Source: Eledone cirrhosa
Taxonomy: Eukaryota
Assembly (NCBI GenBank): GCA_964016885.1
Contig: OZ024742.1
Coordinates: 44,950,001 to 45,014,000 of the forward strand
Direction of reading: 5' to 3'
DNA: 64,000 bases
Made by a program: the position numbers and the translations under genes. Positions within the stretch are counted from its first letter, which is position 1; each line of letters begins with the position of its first letter. Under the pieces are notes generated by a model. It was not told where the DNA came from, ran no database searches, and worked only from the letters and a program-made list of their open reading frames with translations. Positions 39,993-51,939 of this stretch are shown one piece after another.

Positions 39993-40344
39993 TTTATCTT
40001 GTATTTTGAACATCAAAAGCTTTAACATAAAACTCAGATAAAAAAATGTTAACACTATAAAACAAGCAGTTTTATGTTATGGACGTTAAACGAAGATGAT
40101 GATGATGATGATTATATATTGGTACCCTTGAAATATATATAATAAAATAAATATGGTGTTATAAGTATAGTTTCCATTTATTTAATATCATTATATATAT
40201 ATATATATATATATACATACATTTATATATCAAAAGTATATCTCACAACAGTTCCTTATAATTAAAATAGTTCAAGGAAAAAAAATGTTTACGTCCCTTG
40301 TGATTTGAATGCATATATGTATGTATCTGTGTTTGTCTCTCTTT

Positions 40345-40448
40345 CCCGCCGAGGTTGACTTTGCCTTTCATCCTTACGAGGTCGATAAAATAAAGTACCA
40401 GTAATACTCTGAGTAATTGCTGGCCTTGTGCCAAAAAGTAGAAACATT
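40345..40448 (+). mobile_element. SINE family B, 5'-truncated
   Basis: cgccgaggttgactttgcctttcatccttacgaggtcgataaaataaagtaccag, the best-preserved copy of the central domain (resembles a conserved Meta-type SINE domain from memory; unconfirmed). Confidence 0.75.
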
Positions 40449-40949
40449 TATTATATTATATACATATATATATAACATATATTATGCATATATATATATA
40501 TTACATATATTATATATATATCTTCTTCTTTGTCTCCCACTTAATCCTGGCACTGTTGTCTTTTCTAGCAGCGACCTGGTATCGAGTGGACACACTTTAT
40601 TTTTCTCTCTCTCTGACTCGTCTATCTGTCTATTTAATCTGTTCATTCCTCACACAAGCATCATACCAACAGAAATATTTATTTCCTGTTTTACAAGCTG
40701 ACTATTTTATGTGTTACTTTTAGTTAAATTGTGTGAAACCACAGCCTGTCTAAAAGCTGATGATGTATATAAATGTTTATCTTCTCTTGTTAATTTTCTT
40801 CCTTTTCTCCTTTCTTTCTATTACTTCTGTGAGCCAACACATTTCTAGCTGCTGTAAATTTCACCCAACACTGTCATTGACGGCATTTTGCTCTTTTAAC
40901 AACTTCTATGCGTTGAGTTCTTCCCATTATTCTATGAATATATATTATA

Positions 40950-41246
40950 TCATCATCCTCATCATTGCCGTTTTATGTCCATTCTTCCATGCTAGCATGG
41001 GTTAGATGGGTTGTCCTGTTGCGGGCGATGTCAGGTCACGTGACCGTGTCTTGCTCATTCAAAACTGATTTTGGCTTGATTTCTACAGCTGGATGCCCTT
41101 CCTAACACCAACCTCATTTACAGTGAGTACTGGGTGCTTTTTTTACCGTGGCACCTACACGACCACTTTACAGTGTGGATTTTTGTCGTGACACCTACAC
41201 AACTACTTTGCAGTGGGAGGGGTGGGGGCATACTGTCTATATGCTT
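40950..41246 (-). mobile_element. RTE 3' fragment (host element, left part); resumes at 42860-42972
   Basis: Collinear with 38377-38840 up to ...tatatgctt, then interrupted by RTE copy B. Confidence 0.8.
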
Positions 41247-42860
41247 GGAGAAAGCCTTCGACAGAGTCCCCCGTTCCATTATCTGGTGGTCTCTTAGAAA
41301 ACTAGGTGTTGACGAATGGCTTGTGAGAGCTATACAAGCCATGTATAAAGAAACAGTCAGTAAGGTTAGAATTAACAACGAATATAGTGAAGAGTTTAGC
41401 GTAAAAGTTGGTGTCCATCAGGGCTCTGTTCTTAGCCCCCTACTATTTATTATTGCCCTTCAGGCTATAACAGAGGAGTTCAAGACCGGCTGCCCATGGG
41501 AACTCCTATACACAGATGATCTAACGCTCATAGCTGAATCAATGACCGAACTAGAGAAGAAATTCCAAACATGGAAGCACGGCCTAGAATCAAAAGGCCT
41601 TAAAATTAACCTGGCTAAAACTAAAGTTCTAGTTTGTAGGAAAGAAAATAAGGCGGCGGTCCCATCTGGGAAATGGCCATGCTCAGTGTGTAGGAAAGGC
41701 GTAGGTAGAAACTCCATTTTATGTCCCAAATGCAAAGTATGGGTGCATAAAAGATGTAGTGGGATCACAGGTAAGCTAACTAAGAACATAGATTTTACAT
41801 GTGGCCGGTGCTCTGGTGCAATAAGTAGCAGCAAGTGCCCACAAAATACTAGCTCCTTCAACTGCGCAGAGGGTTCTATAGAAATAGTGGACAGCTCCCG
41901 TTACCTGGGTGACAAAATCAGCAGTGGGGGAGGGTGCTCTGAAAGTACAGTAGCTAGAGTCAGAACTGGATGGAAAAAGTTCAGAGAGCTTATACCACTA
42001 TTAGCCGCTAGAGGGTTCTCCCTAAAAATGAAAGGCAGGTTATACGATGCCTGCATACGAACAGCAATGCTGCATGGCAGTGAGACCTGGGCATTGTGTG
42101 CAGAGGATATACGCAGACTAGAGAGGAACGAAGCTTGCATTCTCCGCTGGATGTGCAATAGTAATATACGTGAACGGCAAAGCATAAACGAACTAAGGAA
42201 AAAATTAGAAATAAGAGGGATCAGATGTTGTTTACTCGAGAGAAGGCTACGTTGGTACGGTCACGTGATGCGCATGAAAGACGACAGCTGTATAACAAAG
42301 TGCAGGGCAATAAAGATAGACGGTAGCCACGGAGTAGGCAGACCCAGAAAAACATGGGACGAGCTGATAAATTCCGACCTCACACACTTACACCTCTCCA
42401 AGACAATGTCACTGGACCGAGACCTTTGGCGGTACTCAGTAATAGAGAAGACCCGCCTTACTTAAATACATAGTAAAACCTACTACAGCCAGTAGGCATC
42501 TCTATCAAAACACACCCCCGTCCCACCACCCCCACCCAATCCACACCGCCCCTTTCAATGTAAAGTTATGTTGGTCCCACAACATCCAGGCCGAAACAAA
42601 TGAGATCGTGTAGGTGTCACGACAAAAAAACATACAGTCCACGCTGTAATGTGGCCGTGTAGGCAACACGGTAAAAACCTCCCAGCCCCACACTGTAAAT
42701 GTGGTTGGTGTTAGGAAGGGCATCCAACTGTAGAAAACCCGCCAGACAGTCCTATGCGAGCAAGACAACCACTCTTGCCTCAAGTGGGAATACCCCCGTC
42801 CAAACCCATGCAAGCGTGGAACACGGACGCTAAACCTGATGATGATGATGATGATGATGA
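41247..42860 (+). mobile_element. RTE-clade LINE copy B, 5'-truncated, open reading frame to stop at 42465
   Basis: LEKAFDRVPR, GVHQGSVLSPLLF, LLYTDDL, C4HC3 finger, HGSETW, RRLRWYGHVMR, GRPRKTW; 3' UTR and (GAT)n tail; flanked by atgctt/acgctt. Confidence 0.95.
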
Positions 42861-42970
42861 CGCTTCAGCTTCAGCTTGTACCCATGAGAAGTCGGGTTTT
42901 CTGTATTACTGTGTAGCGCCAGAGGTCTTAGTCCTATGTCATCGCCTTTGAGAGGTGCAATTAGGCAAGG

Positions 42971-43001
<31 letters not shown>

Positions 43002-43009
<8 letters not shown>

Positions 43010-43518
43010 TAAGAAAATTAACAAAGGGAGGACAAGACAACAAACGGAAACAAAACAAAACGAAAAATAATTTTTTCTGGGGAAACCTTAAAAAATTATG
43101 TTTTAAAAATAAAAATACAAACAAAGGACTCAGAACTCCATGGTCATCGGCCATTGAGATGGACTTTGGCAGTTTCAACCCCTACCAAAGATACTGCTGG
43201 TTCATTTGGGGTCACAGCCAGTTCAGAGACAAAACATTAATTTATAGCAAACATTAATTTATAGCTACAAAACACATAGAATTTTATGTGACAAGGAAAG
43301 GTGTGGTGCCTCTTATAGCATAAAAAACATGAATGAAACAAAAAAAAAAGAAAGAAGAGAGTAAGATATTGTGTTAAAAATTGTAAGCCATTGCAATAAA
43401 TGGGGGGGGGGGCGGAAGAGATAAATACTTTTGTCACATTAGTAGATAAACTTAAGAAAATTAACAATGGGAGGACAAGAGAACGAACAGATACAAAACA
43501 AAACAAAAAACAATTTTC
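43002..43518. repeat. ~70-bp direct repeat pair, 444 bp apart
   Basis: ataaacttaagaaaattaacaa.gggaggacaaga.aac.aac.ga.acaaaacaaaac.aaaaa.aatttt at 43002 and 43446. Confidence 0.7.
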
Positions 43519-43519
43519 A

Positions 43520-43661
43520 TATATAGACAAACATATATATAAGTATCTATATATATATACATATATATAAACATATACATATAAACATATACATATATAT
43601 AAACATATACATATACATATAAACATATACATATATATAAGCATATACATATACATAAACA

Positions 43662-43703
<42 letters not shown>

Positions 43704-43830
43704 TATACATATATACACACATATATACATACATATATACATATATATAAATATTTCTCACACACACACATACATATACATACATATGCACAAACACACA
43801 CACACACACATATACACATACACACATATG
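43520..43830. repeat. (TA)n/(CA)n/(TACA)n compound microsatellite
   Basis: Directly visible. Confidence 0.95.
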
Positions 43831-44369
43831 TGGGTGGGGGGTAAGAGACATGAGATAAGATGTGTTAATAACAAAATAGTGATTACAAGATGGAAATTCC
43901 CCATCTTGATATTGTTCAGTAGTAAGTCTGTTGTCTCTGACGTCAATGCTAAGATAGAGACAACACCTGCTAGATAGATGTTATGTATCAATTCTTCTTG
44001 ACGGGTGTTCCTGTCACTGTCATCATTCCTCTTGACTATGCTCTGTGTTCCTCCATTACTTTGGCTCAGCTCTTGTGGGAGTTGTCATCATAGCTGTTGT
44101 TCTAGTTGTTATTGTTGTTGCTGTTGTTGTAGTTGTCATTAATAATGTTGCTGTTGTTGTAGTTGTCATTAATGATGTTGTTGTTGTTGTCGATGACATC
44201 TTGCAACTGTTAGTGTTTCAGATGACTGGTATTAGTGTATGTATTACTTATAATAATATTAAAAAGAATAAGAATGGCTGGTGCGTGTTTGTACAAAGTT
44301 TTATATCACAGGAGTCAATAATAACACAATAGAAATATTTTACCACGTGTCGTGATGGTGTAGTTGGTG

Positions 44370-47300
44370 AGAAGGTCCACCTTTATTGATGACCAAATCC
44401 CAAACAACACAATAGGGAGGTACTCGCTCCAACGCATAGAGTCAGGAGAAATCCGTAGAGCGGCTTTTAGTTGTCGGTGGAAACGCTCCACCATTCCGTT
44501 AGTTGCAGGATGATACGAAGTTGTTTGGATGCATTTAGCACCCATGAATTTCGTTAATTCATAGAAGAGATTCGATTCAAACTGCCTTCCACGGTTCATT
44601 GTAATCGTGGTTGGCACTCCAAAGCGGGCAATCCATCCTGATACTAGGGAACGCGCTGTCGTTTCAGCAGTGATGTCTTTCAAGGGGATGGCTTCAGGCT
44701 ATCGCGAAAAACGATCAATAACAGTCAATAGATAAGTATGACCACCACTGACTGGCCAAGGTCCCACGATGTCCACATGAATGTGTCGGAAACGGGCGTC
44801 CGGTGTACTGAAAGTATCGAGCGGAACCTTAACGTGTTTATGGATTTTCGATTTCTGGCAAGCGATGCAGCAACGGCACCAAGCAGTAATATCGCGCCTC
44901 ATATTTGGCCAGAAGAATCTGGCTGTTATGAACTTTACTGTGGCAGAAGATCCTGGTTGGGAAATGCTGTGCAAAGAAAGAAACACAGTACGGCGATGGT
45001 TTAGCAGGATGAATGGTCTCGGTGAATCCAAGGAAACGTCGCAGAGAATCTGTCCGTCTGCGGTGGGCAATGGCGGGTATTTCAAATTACTCGTCGCAAA
45101 TGCGGCTGATGTAATATCCAATGATTCCAGTGCAGGTTGGTCTGCTGCCAAGTGATTTAAATCGATGTCGTGGGATGACGCAATTGAACTGATCAGCAAT
45201 CGAGACAGGGCGTCAGCCGCTGTGTTCAATGAGCCTGGAATGTGTTGGATGTCGTTTGTGAATTGCGAGATAAAGTCGAGATGCCTTGTTTCTCTGGGCG
45301 AGTACTTATCGGACTTTGCCCTTAAAGCGAAAGTCAAAGGTTTATGGTCAGTATAGATTGTAAAACACCTTCCTTTGAGCATATGTGAAAAATGTTTCAC
45401 AGAAAGGTAGATGGCTAACAGCTCCCGGCCAAAGGTGCTGTAGCGAGTTTCTGCAGGTTTCAACTTCCTGGAGAAAAATTCCAATGGTTGTTGGTGATCG
45501 TCACTACTCTGTTGTAAGACTGCACCCACTGCAATATCCGGCGCATCAACACAAAGCGAAAGCTTGGCATTGGACACTGGGTGGGCCAGCAAAGATACAC
45601 TAACCAATGCTGATTTGGCATTTTGAAAATCCTCAAGCTCAAAGAGATTTCCTTGTTCTTCTTGCGGCAATTTTTCAGAATCTCAGTAAGAGAGAAGAGT
45701 AGATTAGCACAATACGGGTCAAAACGTCTATAGAAATTTATCAGTCCTAGGAATTGTCGCAACTGACGAAGTAAGGTCAGTGGAGGCAAATCCTCTATAG
45801 CCTGAACTCGTTGAGGGAGGGGTCGAATACCCTCGGAGTCAATGACATGACCTAAAAAATTCAGTGATTCCGCACCGAAAACAAATTTTGTGGGATTTAT
45901 TTGAACACTGTAATCCTTGAGTCGACAAAACAAAAGATTCAAATGACGTATGTGTTCTTCTCTGGTGGAACTAGCAATAAGCAGATCATCAATATAAGTG
46001 TAGACGAAGTCTAAACCACGAGTGAATTCATCTATGAACCGTTGGAAGGTGCTAGCAGCATTCCTAAGTCCGAAAGGCTTGGTAAGAAATTCGAATGATT
46101 CAAATGGAGTTGTAATGGCCGTTTTCAGATATCTTCTTTCTTGACAGGAATCTGATGATAAGCTCGCACCAAATAGGAGCTTTGAGAAAACTTTACATCC
46201 CTGCAACGACGATGCAAAATCTTGCAGGTGTGGAATAGGATATCTATCCGGGACAGTTATAGCATTTAACTTCCTATAATACCCAGTTGGTCTCCAGTCG
46301 CCAGAAGTCTTGGGTACCATGTGCAACGGAGAAGCCCGAGGGCTCGTAGACAGACAAATTATGCCAAGCTGCAGCATGTGGTCGAACTCGGACCGTGCTG
46401 CCTTCAATTTGTTCGCAGGCAAGCGACGAGGACGGGAAAACACTGAAGCACTAGTAATGGAGATGAAATGTACGGTTGAGTGAGTCGGTTCGACAACTCG
46501 AAAATTTCCCTGAGTAAGCTATGGGAAAGAATTCAACAATGCATGAAAGGCATTCCCAGCATTAGCGATGAAGAAGGTCGGGCTAACCATTGGAAAATTA
46601 GCTTTCTGGCCACGAAGAGAAAAACCAGTAATGCCGTCTACTAGGCGTCGGCCACGGACGTCCACCATCAATGCAAAATGGTGGAGAAAATCCGCTCACA
46701 TGATCGGATATGGTAGGTCAGCAACCATAAAAATCCATTTGAATTCTCGTCGAAGATTTCTGAATTGCAGAGGAAGCGAGATTTGTCCAAAAGTCCGTAT
46801 AGGCGAATGATTGACAGCTTGTAGATTCATTGATGACTCAGGGGGAGTTTCTTTAACACAGTTCACCGGCCAAATGCTGCAGGATGCTCCCGTATCTATG
46901 AGGAAAGATCTTCTGGACAGGAGATCCTCAATAAAGAAGTGGCAGTTTGGGTGTGTAGCACAGAGATCAGCTGCTGCCTTCAGTGACTCTGGTTTGCGTT
47001 TCCCGAAGTTGAATAGTTACACGGTGGCCGGCAGTGTTTTGCTTTATCAGCGAAGCTGGCATGATACCAGCAAAAAGACGAATTGCTGGCGTTACGGCGT
47101 GAAATTGCGAAGGAACGTGAACGACTTCTTGGCCGCCTGGGAGATGGCCTACTCTCCCTACATAATTTCGCAACTTGATGCATCAATGCGTCAATCGCCT
47201 TCAATATGGCATCCTCGTGTGTCGAGACAGGCTGGTTCGGAAAAGTCGAAGAGGCAACAAGCGAGTCCGACGAAGTAGCTTTCACTGGGCGATTCACTGA

Positions 47301-47630
47301 GGTCCCGAATGTGGCGTAAAAATTTGGAAGGCCACCTGTCACCTAAACACTCGTCCTCCAATAATGCACAAAACCTGCTTTCAGCAGAACAGCAGTTTCT
47401 CCTTAATATCTCCGTCCTCAACGAATCATACGAAGTGCCGGTTGGCGGGTCCATTATTAAATCTTTCACCGTGGTGGCGAGCGACGAAGGTATACCACTA
47501 ATCAAAACATTGAGTTTCTGCTCTGTTTCAATTTCATTTGCAGCAAAATATGCATCCAGTTGTGCAAACCAGAGCTTGGGCTCACCGGAGAACGCAGGTA
47601 AATTAGGACTACTCATCATTAGCATGTATC
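44370..47630 (-). mobile_element. Decayed Ty3/Gypsy internal region (gag-PR-RT-RNase H-IN), CsRN1-like clade
   Basis: Gag LWFAQLDAYF and CWYHASFADKAKHCRPPC (C-x2-H-x9-C-x3-C); protease FLIDTGAS (~46880-46910); RT YIDDLLI; RNase H YSTFGRELLAIY and YTDHKPL; integrase HVDIVGP and [12 protein letters not shown]; several frameshifts and stops; integrase cut off after KVDL. Confidence 0.95.
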
Positions 47631-48552
47631 AGTTGCACATAAAAATACTAAATGATATCCAAGTAAAGAAATGCAAAGCATGTTAGATGTTTGGAACAAC
47701 GGGAAAACAACACAAATTTCCCTCAACATCCATGAAGAAAGAAGAAAGAAAAAAAATCTGGTGAATTTGAAAAATCCGGAATCGACAAGTCGCAAAAAAT
47801 TCAAGGCAGAAAAATTAAATATGTTTTTTTCCTTTCTCTTCTTTTCTTTCTTTAAATTGGAGAGGGAGATGGCATCACATGATGCGTCTCAGCTAATCAG
47901 ATGGTTGCATTTCGGAGAAGAAAGACAATTGGCGGGAAAATTGGCGGACCAGTCAGCCATTGTGAATTTTTTTTTTGTTAAACGAACAATTTTCAATTTC
48001 GTTTTTTCGCATAATTGCAAGAAATAAAGTATTAGTTTCGTCATCAATTTTTTTAAATTATATATGTTGTATGTTTCTCTTGGGTAAATACTTGTTAAAA
48101 GAAAGGCAGAAGTCATCTCTAGAGAGAAAAGGCAGAAATCATCTCTTCATAGGCAGAAGTCAGCTCCAAGATTATGCGTGTTGTCTCTTCGCAAGTCACG
48201 GCCGGAGAGTGAATTATTTTTGGTGACGTCAGAGCTATGTGCAGGTAACTCTGCATAGCTGTCCCCAAGCACACGACAGGTGCTGCTACGCTACAGTGTT
48301 GTTGTTGTTGTTGTCGACGACATCTTGTATTAAACTGTTTGTGTTGTTGCTGTTTCTTTTCTATGATGATGTTTTTGCTGTTGTAACCACACTTGGTTGA
48401 TTGTCTTTTATTGCCTCTTAAGAATTCTTCAAACACACACACACACACACATATGAAAAAAAGTAAACAAAAATAACAAAGCGAATGACAGAATACAATT
48501 AGGAATACATGAAGGAATTATTAGTTTTACGTTTGATATAGTAGGGAAAGAG

Positions 48553-48588
48553 TTTTAACGTTTCGAACGTTAATCCTTCATCAGAAAA
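48553..48588 (-). ncRNA. Candidate minimal hammerhead ribozyme motif (Penelope-type)
   Basis: Minus strand reads UUUU-CUGAUGA-A-GGAU-UAAC-GUUC-GAAAC-GUU-AAAA: both core boxes, a wobble-rich stem II, 4-bp stem I and palindromic AACGUU in place of stem III. Confidence 0.45.
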
Positions 48589-48788
48589 TAGAATGAGAAA
48601 TTAATGAAGAAATATAAAGATAGAGGTGAGTGGGCAGTGGCAGAAACTAAAAAAAAATATTCTTGGAGAAAAAGTATGTATATACATATGTATGTCTAGA
48701 AGCAAATATAAAATTTGTATGTGATGTGTGTGTGTTCATATATATTTGAATGTATACACATATATAAGTTAAAAATTCATACATAAAT

Positions 48789-48960
48789 CTACTATATAAA
48801 TTGTAATTTCTGTCTGTATGTGTATCTGTGTATAACCAGTTGGCAACTACATGAGTGATCCGATCCTGATGAAACTTTACACACATGTTAAGCTAATATT
48901 CAGAAACAGGATTGGCTAATTGGATTTCAATAAAAATCAATAATGGAAACACTGGGGACA
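48789..48960 (+). mobile_element. Helitron-like 5' end fragment
   Basis: a|TCTACTATATAA followed by (TCTG/TGTA)-type repeats and ccgatcctgatgaaactttacacacatg, the usual layout of non-autonomous Helitron 5' ends. Confidence 0.5.
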
Positions 48961-49463
48961 TCTTTACAATGGAGGAGGAAAGAGGAGATATGTTTCAGTG
49001 AGAGAGGGGAAAGAGGAGATACTACTACTGTATGTTAAACCCTCCCTCCCACTACTCCCCTTCTTCCTCCTACAACTCAGTCCTCCAAAATGAGGCAACA
49101 ACTTATTAGAAATATACATAAATAAATTTCAATCAAAGCAAACGACAATGCGCGTTCTTGATTGTTCTCCATTCTGTAGAGAAAGAGAGAGAGGGTATGA
49201 GAAAAAAGAGAGAGTGGGGTTTAGAAAGAAAAAAAGAGAGTGAGGAGGATTGGGGAGGGGAGAAAATGATAGCAGCATTCGATAACTTTAATTTTTATTT
49301 ATTTATTCTTTACACACTGTTTAACTCCCCCCACTTCCTCAACCTTATGTCTCTTTCTCTCTCTCTTTCACACAAGACACACTATGACTGTGTGTATTTG
49401 TGAGTGTGTGTCCCCGAGGAAGTTACAATGTCCACACACACACACAAACACACACACGCATTT

Positions 49464-49494
<31 letters not shown>

Positions 49495-49495
49495 T

Positions 49496-49604
49496 GAAAA
49501 TGTATGACCCCGGCGGCAGAGCTCAAGCTGTTTTGACAGCTATTTCTGGTCCAGAAATAGCCATAGAAACGGCTTGAGCTCTGCCGTCGGGGACATACGT
49601 TTTC
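49496..49604. repeat. 109-bp palindrome (54-bp arms, 1-nt centre)
   Basis: Arms are reverse complements with 8 mismatches in 54; centre gctatttctgg-t-ccagaaatagc at 49550. Confidence 0.9.
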
Positions 49605-49684
49605 CTATTACCCACTCTACTACCCTAAGTATTGAGTAATTTGGTGCATTATGGTCCATCTGGTTCCTTATCACACCTCCTTCG

Positions 49685-49714
<30 letters not shown>

Positions 49715-49723
<9 letters not shown>

Positions 49724-50460
49724 TGAGGATGTGTGTGTGTGTGTGTGTGTGTGTATGTCCATACCCACATAACTTCTACAGTTTGCAACCAATTTTCTTC
49801 AAATTTGGAACAAACATGCGTTATGTTCCCAGAAGAAGTGTTGTAGATTCATAAAAGTTTCAAGTTTTTGTCTAATGTGGCCCCTAGATGGATGAAGGGT
49901 GTCTCTGGATTACCATGACAATCACATAACATGTGCGAAACTTAAATAATTGTTGGTTAACATTTTACTCATCTTAGTGTGTTACATCCTCTTTCCTTAG
50001 AGAATGCCTCCAAGGAAGAGATCCGCCATTGATCGAAAAACAGCAAAAGCTGAGAGAGGGAAAAGAAGAAAAGCAAATGAATCGTCAATGGAGGCTGCAA
50101 ATAGACGATCGCAATATGCTGAATATAAAGCTACTACAAGAGCATTAGAAAACTACGAGCAGCATTGTATTTAAGACATAGGTTACTTATGTACTCCAGA
50201 TGGTCATAGGCACCTTCATTTTTCCAGATATTGATTATAGCCCCCCCCCCCCCCCCCCCCCGGGAGCAGATAACCCCCTTTGAAGTCAACTGAAGCACTG
50301 CAATGCAATGCAACAAAACATCATAACTTCTGGAGTTCGCAACCAATTTTCACCAAACTCAACACATGGGCTACGTATGTTCTACAAATGAATTTGAACA
50401 CTCAGAATTGGCACATATTGAGTAGGGAATCCCTGGGGCAAAATGAAAAATGAGCTTCAG
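49715..50460 (+). mobile_element. Helitron-like 5' fragment
   Basis: (TA)n-aaactgagga-(TG)n, then cataacttct...gcaaccaattttc..caaa (repeated at ~50322); short basic peptide MPPRKRSAIDRKTAKAERGKRRKANES from 50004. Confidence 0.45.
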
Positions 50461-50479
50461 TTCTGGTTCAACATAAACT

Positions 50480-51120
50480 CTACAGGCATGGAAGTGCTGT
50501 CAGACAGAACGTCTCAAGATGCATGGAGAGCGACAAAACCATTCTGCACGCACTCATCCAGTGTCCATGCATTACTGACTTGTGGAGTTATGTCGAACAG
50601 TTGTTGCATGTAGGATGGATCTAACTATTAACCAAGTCCATAGTAAGGTTGAAACCCCTTTTTCTTTTGGCTTGGAAGGGCAGTCAGTTGTCCTCTGTCT
50701 GGTGGTGGTAGCAAAAGAGGTTGTATGGTGGACCAGATTGAAAGGACTGAAGACAGACACTTTTCTCTTTGGCCAATCACTCATCAACTCATTTCATGTT
50801 TTACTTAGAAAGGAAGGTGAGAGTGGAGAGAGAAGTGCTTCCCTCAATACATTTGTTAAAAGGTGGGTGAATGTGGTGAGAATGGTTGATTTGAGGAGGA
50901 GAAGTGTGCTCTTCCCGGGTGCCTTCGAAGCGTCGGGTGGTTCAGGATTGGTGGGATACCTAAGTCACTCCTGAGTGGTTCTTCCCCCTATTGGGGAATT
51001 TTTATTGTTGTAATTTTTGTTAATTGTTTTTGTTAATTTGGTTTTACTCAATTTTATTGTAAACCCCCACTATCCCTGTCTTTTTGTATTGTTCCCTATA
51101 TGTGGCCAATAAAGAAATCA
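50480..51120 (+). mobile_element. L1/Tx1-like LINE 3' fragment
   Basis: RCMESDKTILHALIQCP (zf-RVT-like knuckle), KEVVWWTR...FVKRW, T-rich 3' UTR and AATAAA; an inverted copy of the same UTR lies at ~51340-51482. Confidence 0.65.
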
Positions 51121-51129
51121 TTAATATTA

Positions 51130-51330
51130 TTGGCAGTGTCAGTAGAGCGTCAGACACAATGCTTTGAAGCATAATTATGGCGCTTTACTTTCTGAGTTCA
51201 AATCCCACCAAGGTTAGCTTTGCCTTTCATCCTTATAGGGTTCAATAAAATAAAGTAACGTACTGGGGTCAATTGAATCAACTTTACCTCCCCAAGATTG
51301 CCGGTCTTGTGCCTAAATCAAAAACCATTG
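51130..51330 (+). mobile_element. SINE family B
   Basis: ctgagttcaaatcccaccaaggttagctttgcctttcatcc...ataaaataaagta; shares diagnostic variants with the copy at 30635. Confidence 0.75.
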
Positions 51331-51509
51331 TTATTTATTATTTCTTTTTATTTGCTACAAAAGCCAACAAGAAGGGGACAATACAACAAACAGGGACAGT
51401 TGGGGTTTACACTGAAATCAAGTAGAAAAAAATAACAAACAAATAACAATAAAGAAAACAATTACAACAATGAAAATTCCTGTAATAATAATATAATCAT
51501 ATATAATAT

Positions 51510-51857
51510 GGAGGCACATGGCTTAGTGGTTAGAGCATTGGCCTTGCAATCAAAAGGTTGTGAGTTCAATTCTCAGACCGGGTGATGTGTTGTTTCCTTG
51601 AGCAAGACACTTTATTTCACATTGCTCCAGTTTACTCAGCTCTAGAAATGAGATGATAGGGATTGGGGTCCCTATCATTCCACTGCAAAGTGGTCGTGGA
51701 GGTGCCACGGCAAAAAAGCACCCAGCACTCACTGTAAATGAGGTTGGTGTTAGGAAGGGCATCCAGCTGTAGAAATCAAGCCAGAATCAGTTCCCGTCCC
51801 ACCCCTGCAAGCAGGGAAAAAGTGGACGTAAAATGAAATGATGATGATGATGATGAT
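51510..51857 (+). mobile_element. SINE family A, full length
   Basis: A and B boxes, ttccttgagcaagacacttt body, RTE-like tail, (GAT)n; ATAATAT at 51503-51509 and 51856-51862 fits a TSD. Confidence 0.92.
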
Positions 51858-51939
51858 AATATATATACCTTACACTAGTATGTGTTTAAAGAGGTTTGTA
51901 TCTCATCAGAAGATTAATAATCAGTGTCAAAGAAAGCAA

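Noticed and set aside
43237-43991. ORFs rich in Y/I/C/V/M/H/T, also at 53.2-55.2 kb, 61.6-62.0 kb and 62.6 kb
   Set aside because: Translations of (TA)n, (CA)n, (AAT)n or A-rich simple repeats.
48221-48230. TGGTGAC as the Gypsy primer-binding site
   Set aside because: It is on the wrong strand for the minus-strand element and no adjacent LTR end could be defined.
51510-51585. tRNA gene
   Set aside because: A and B boxes are present but run directly into a SINE body and tail in three copies; this is a SINE head, not a tRNA.
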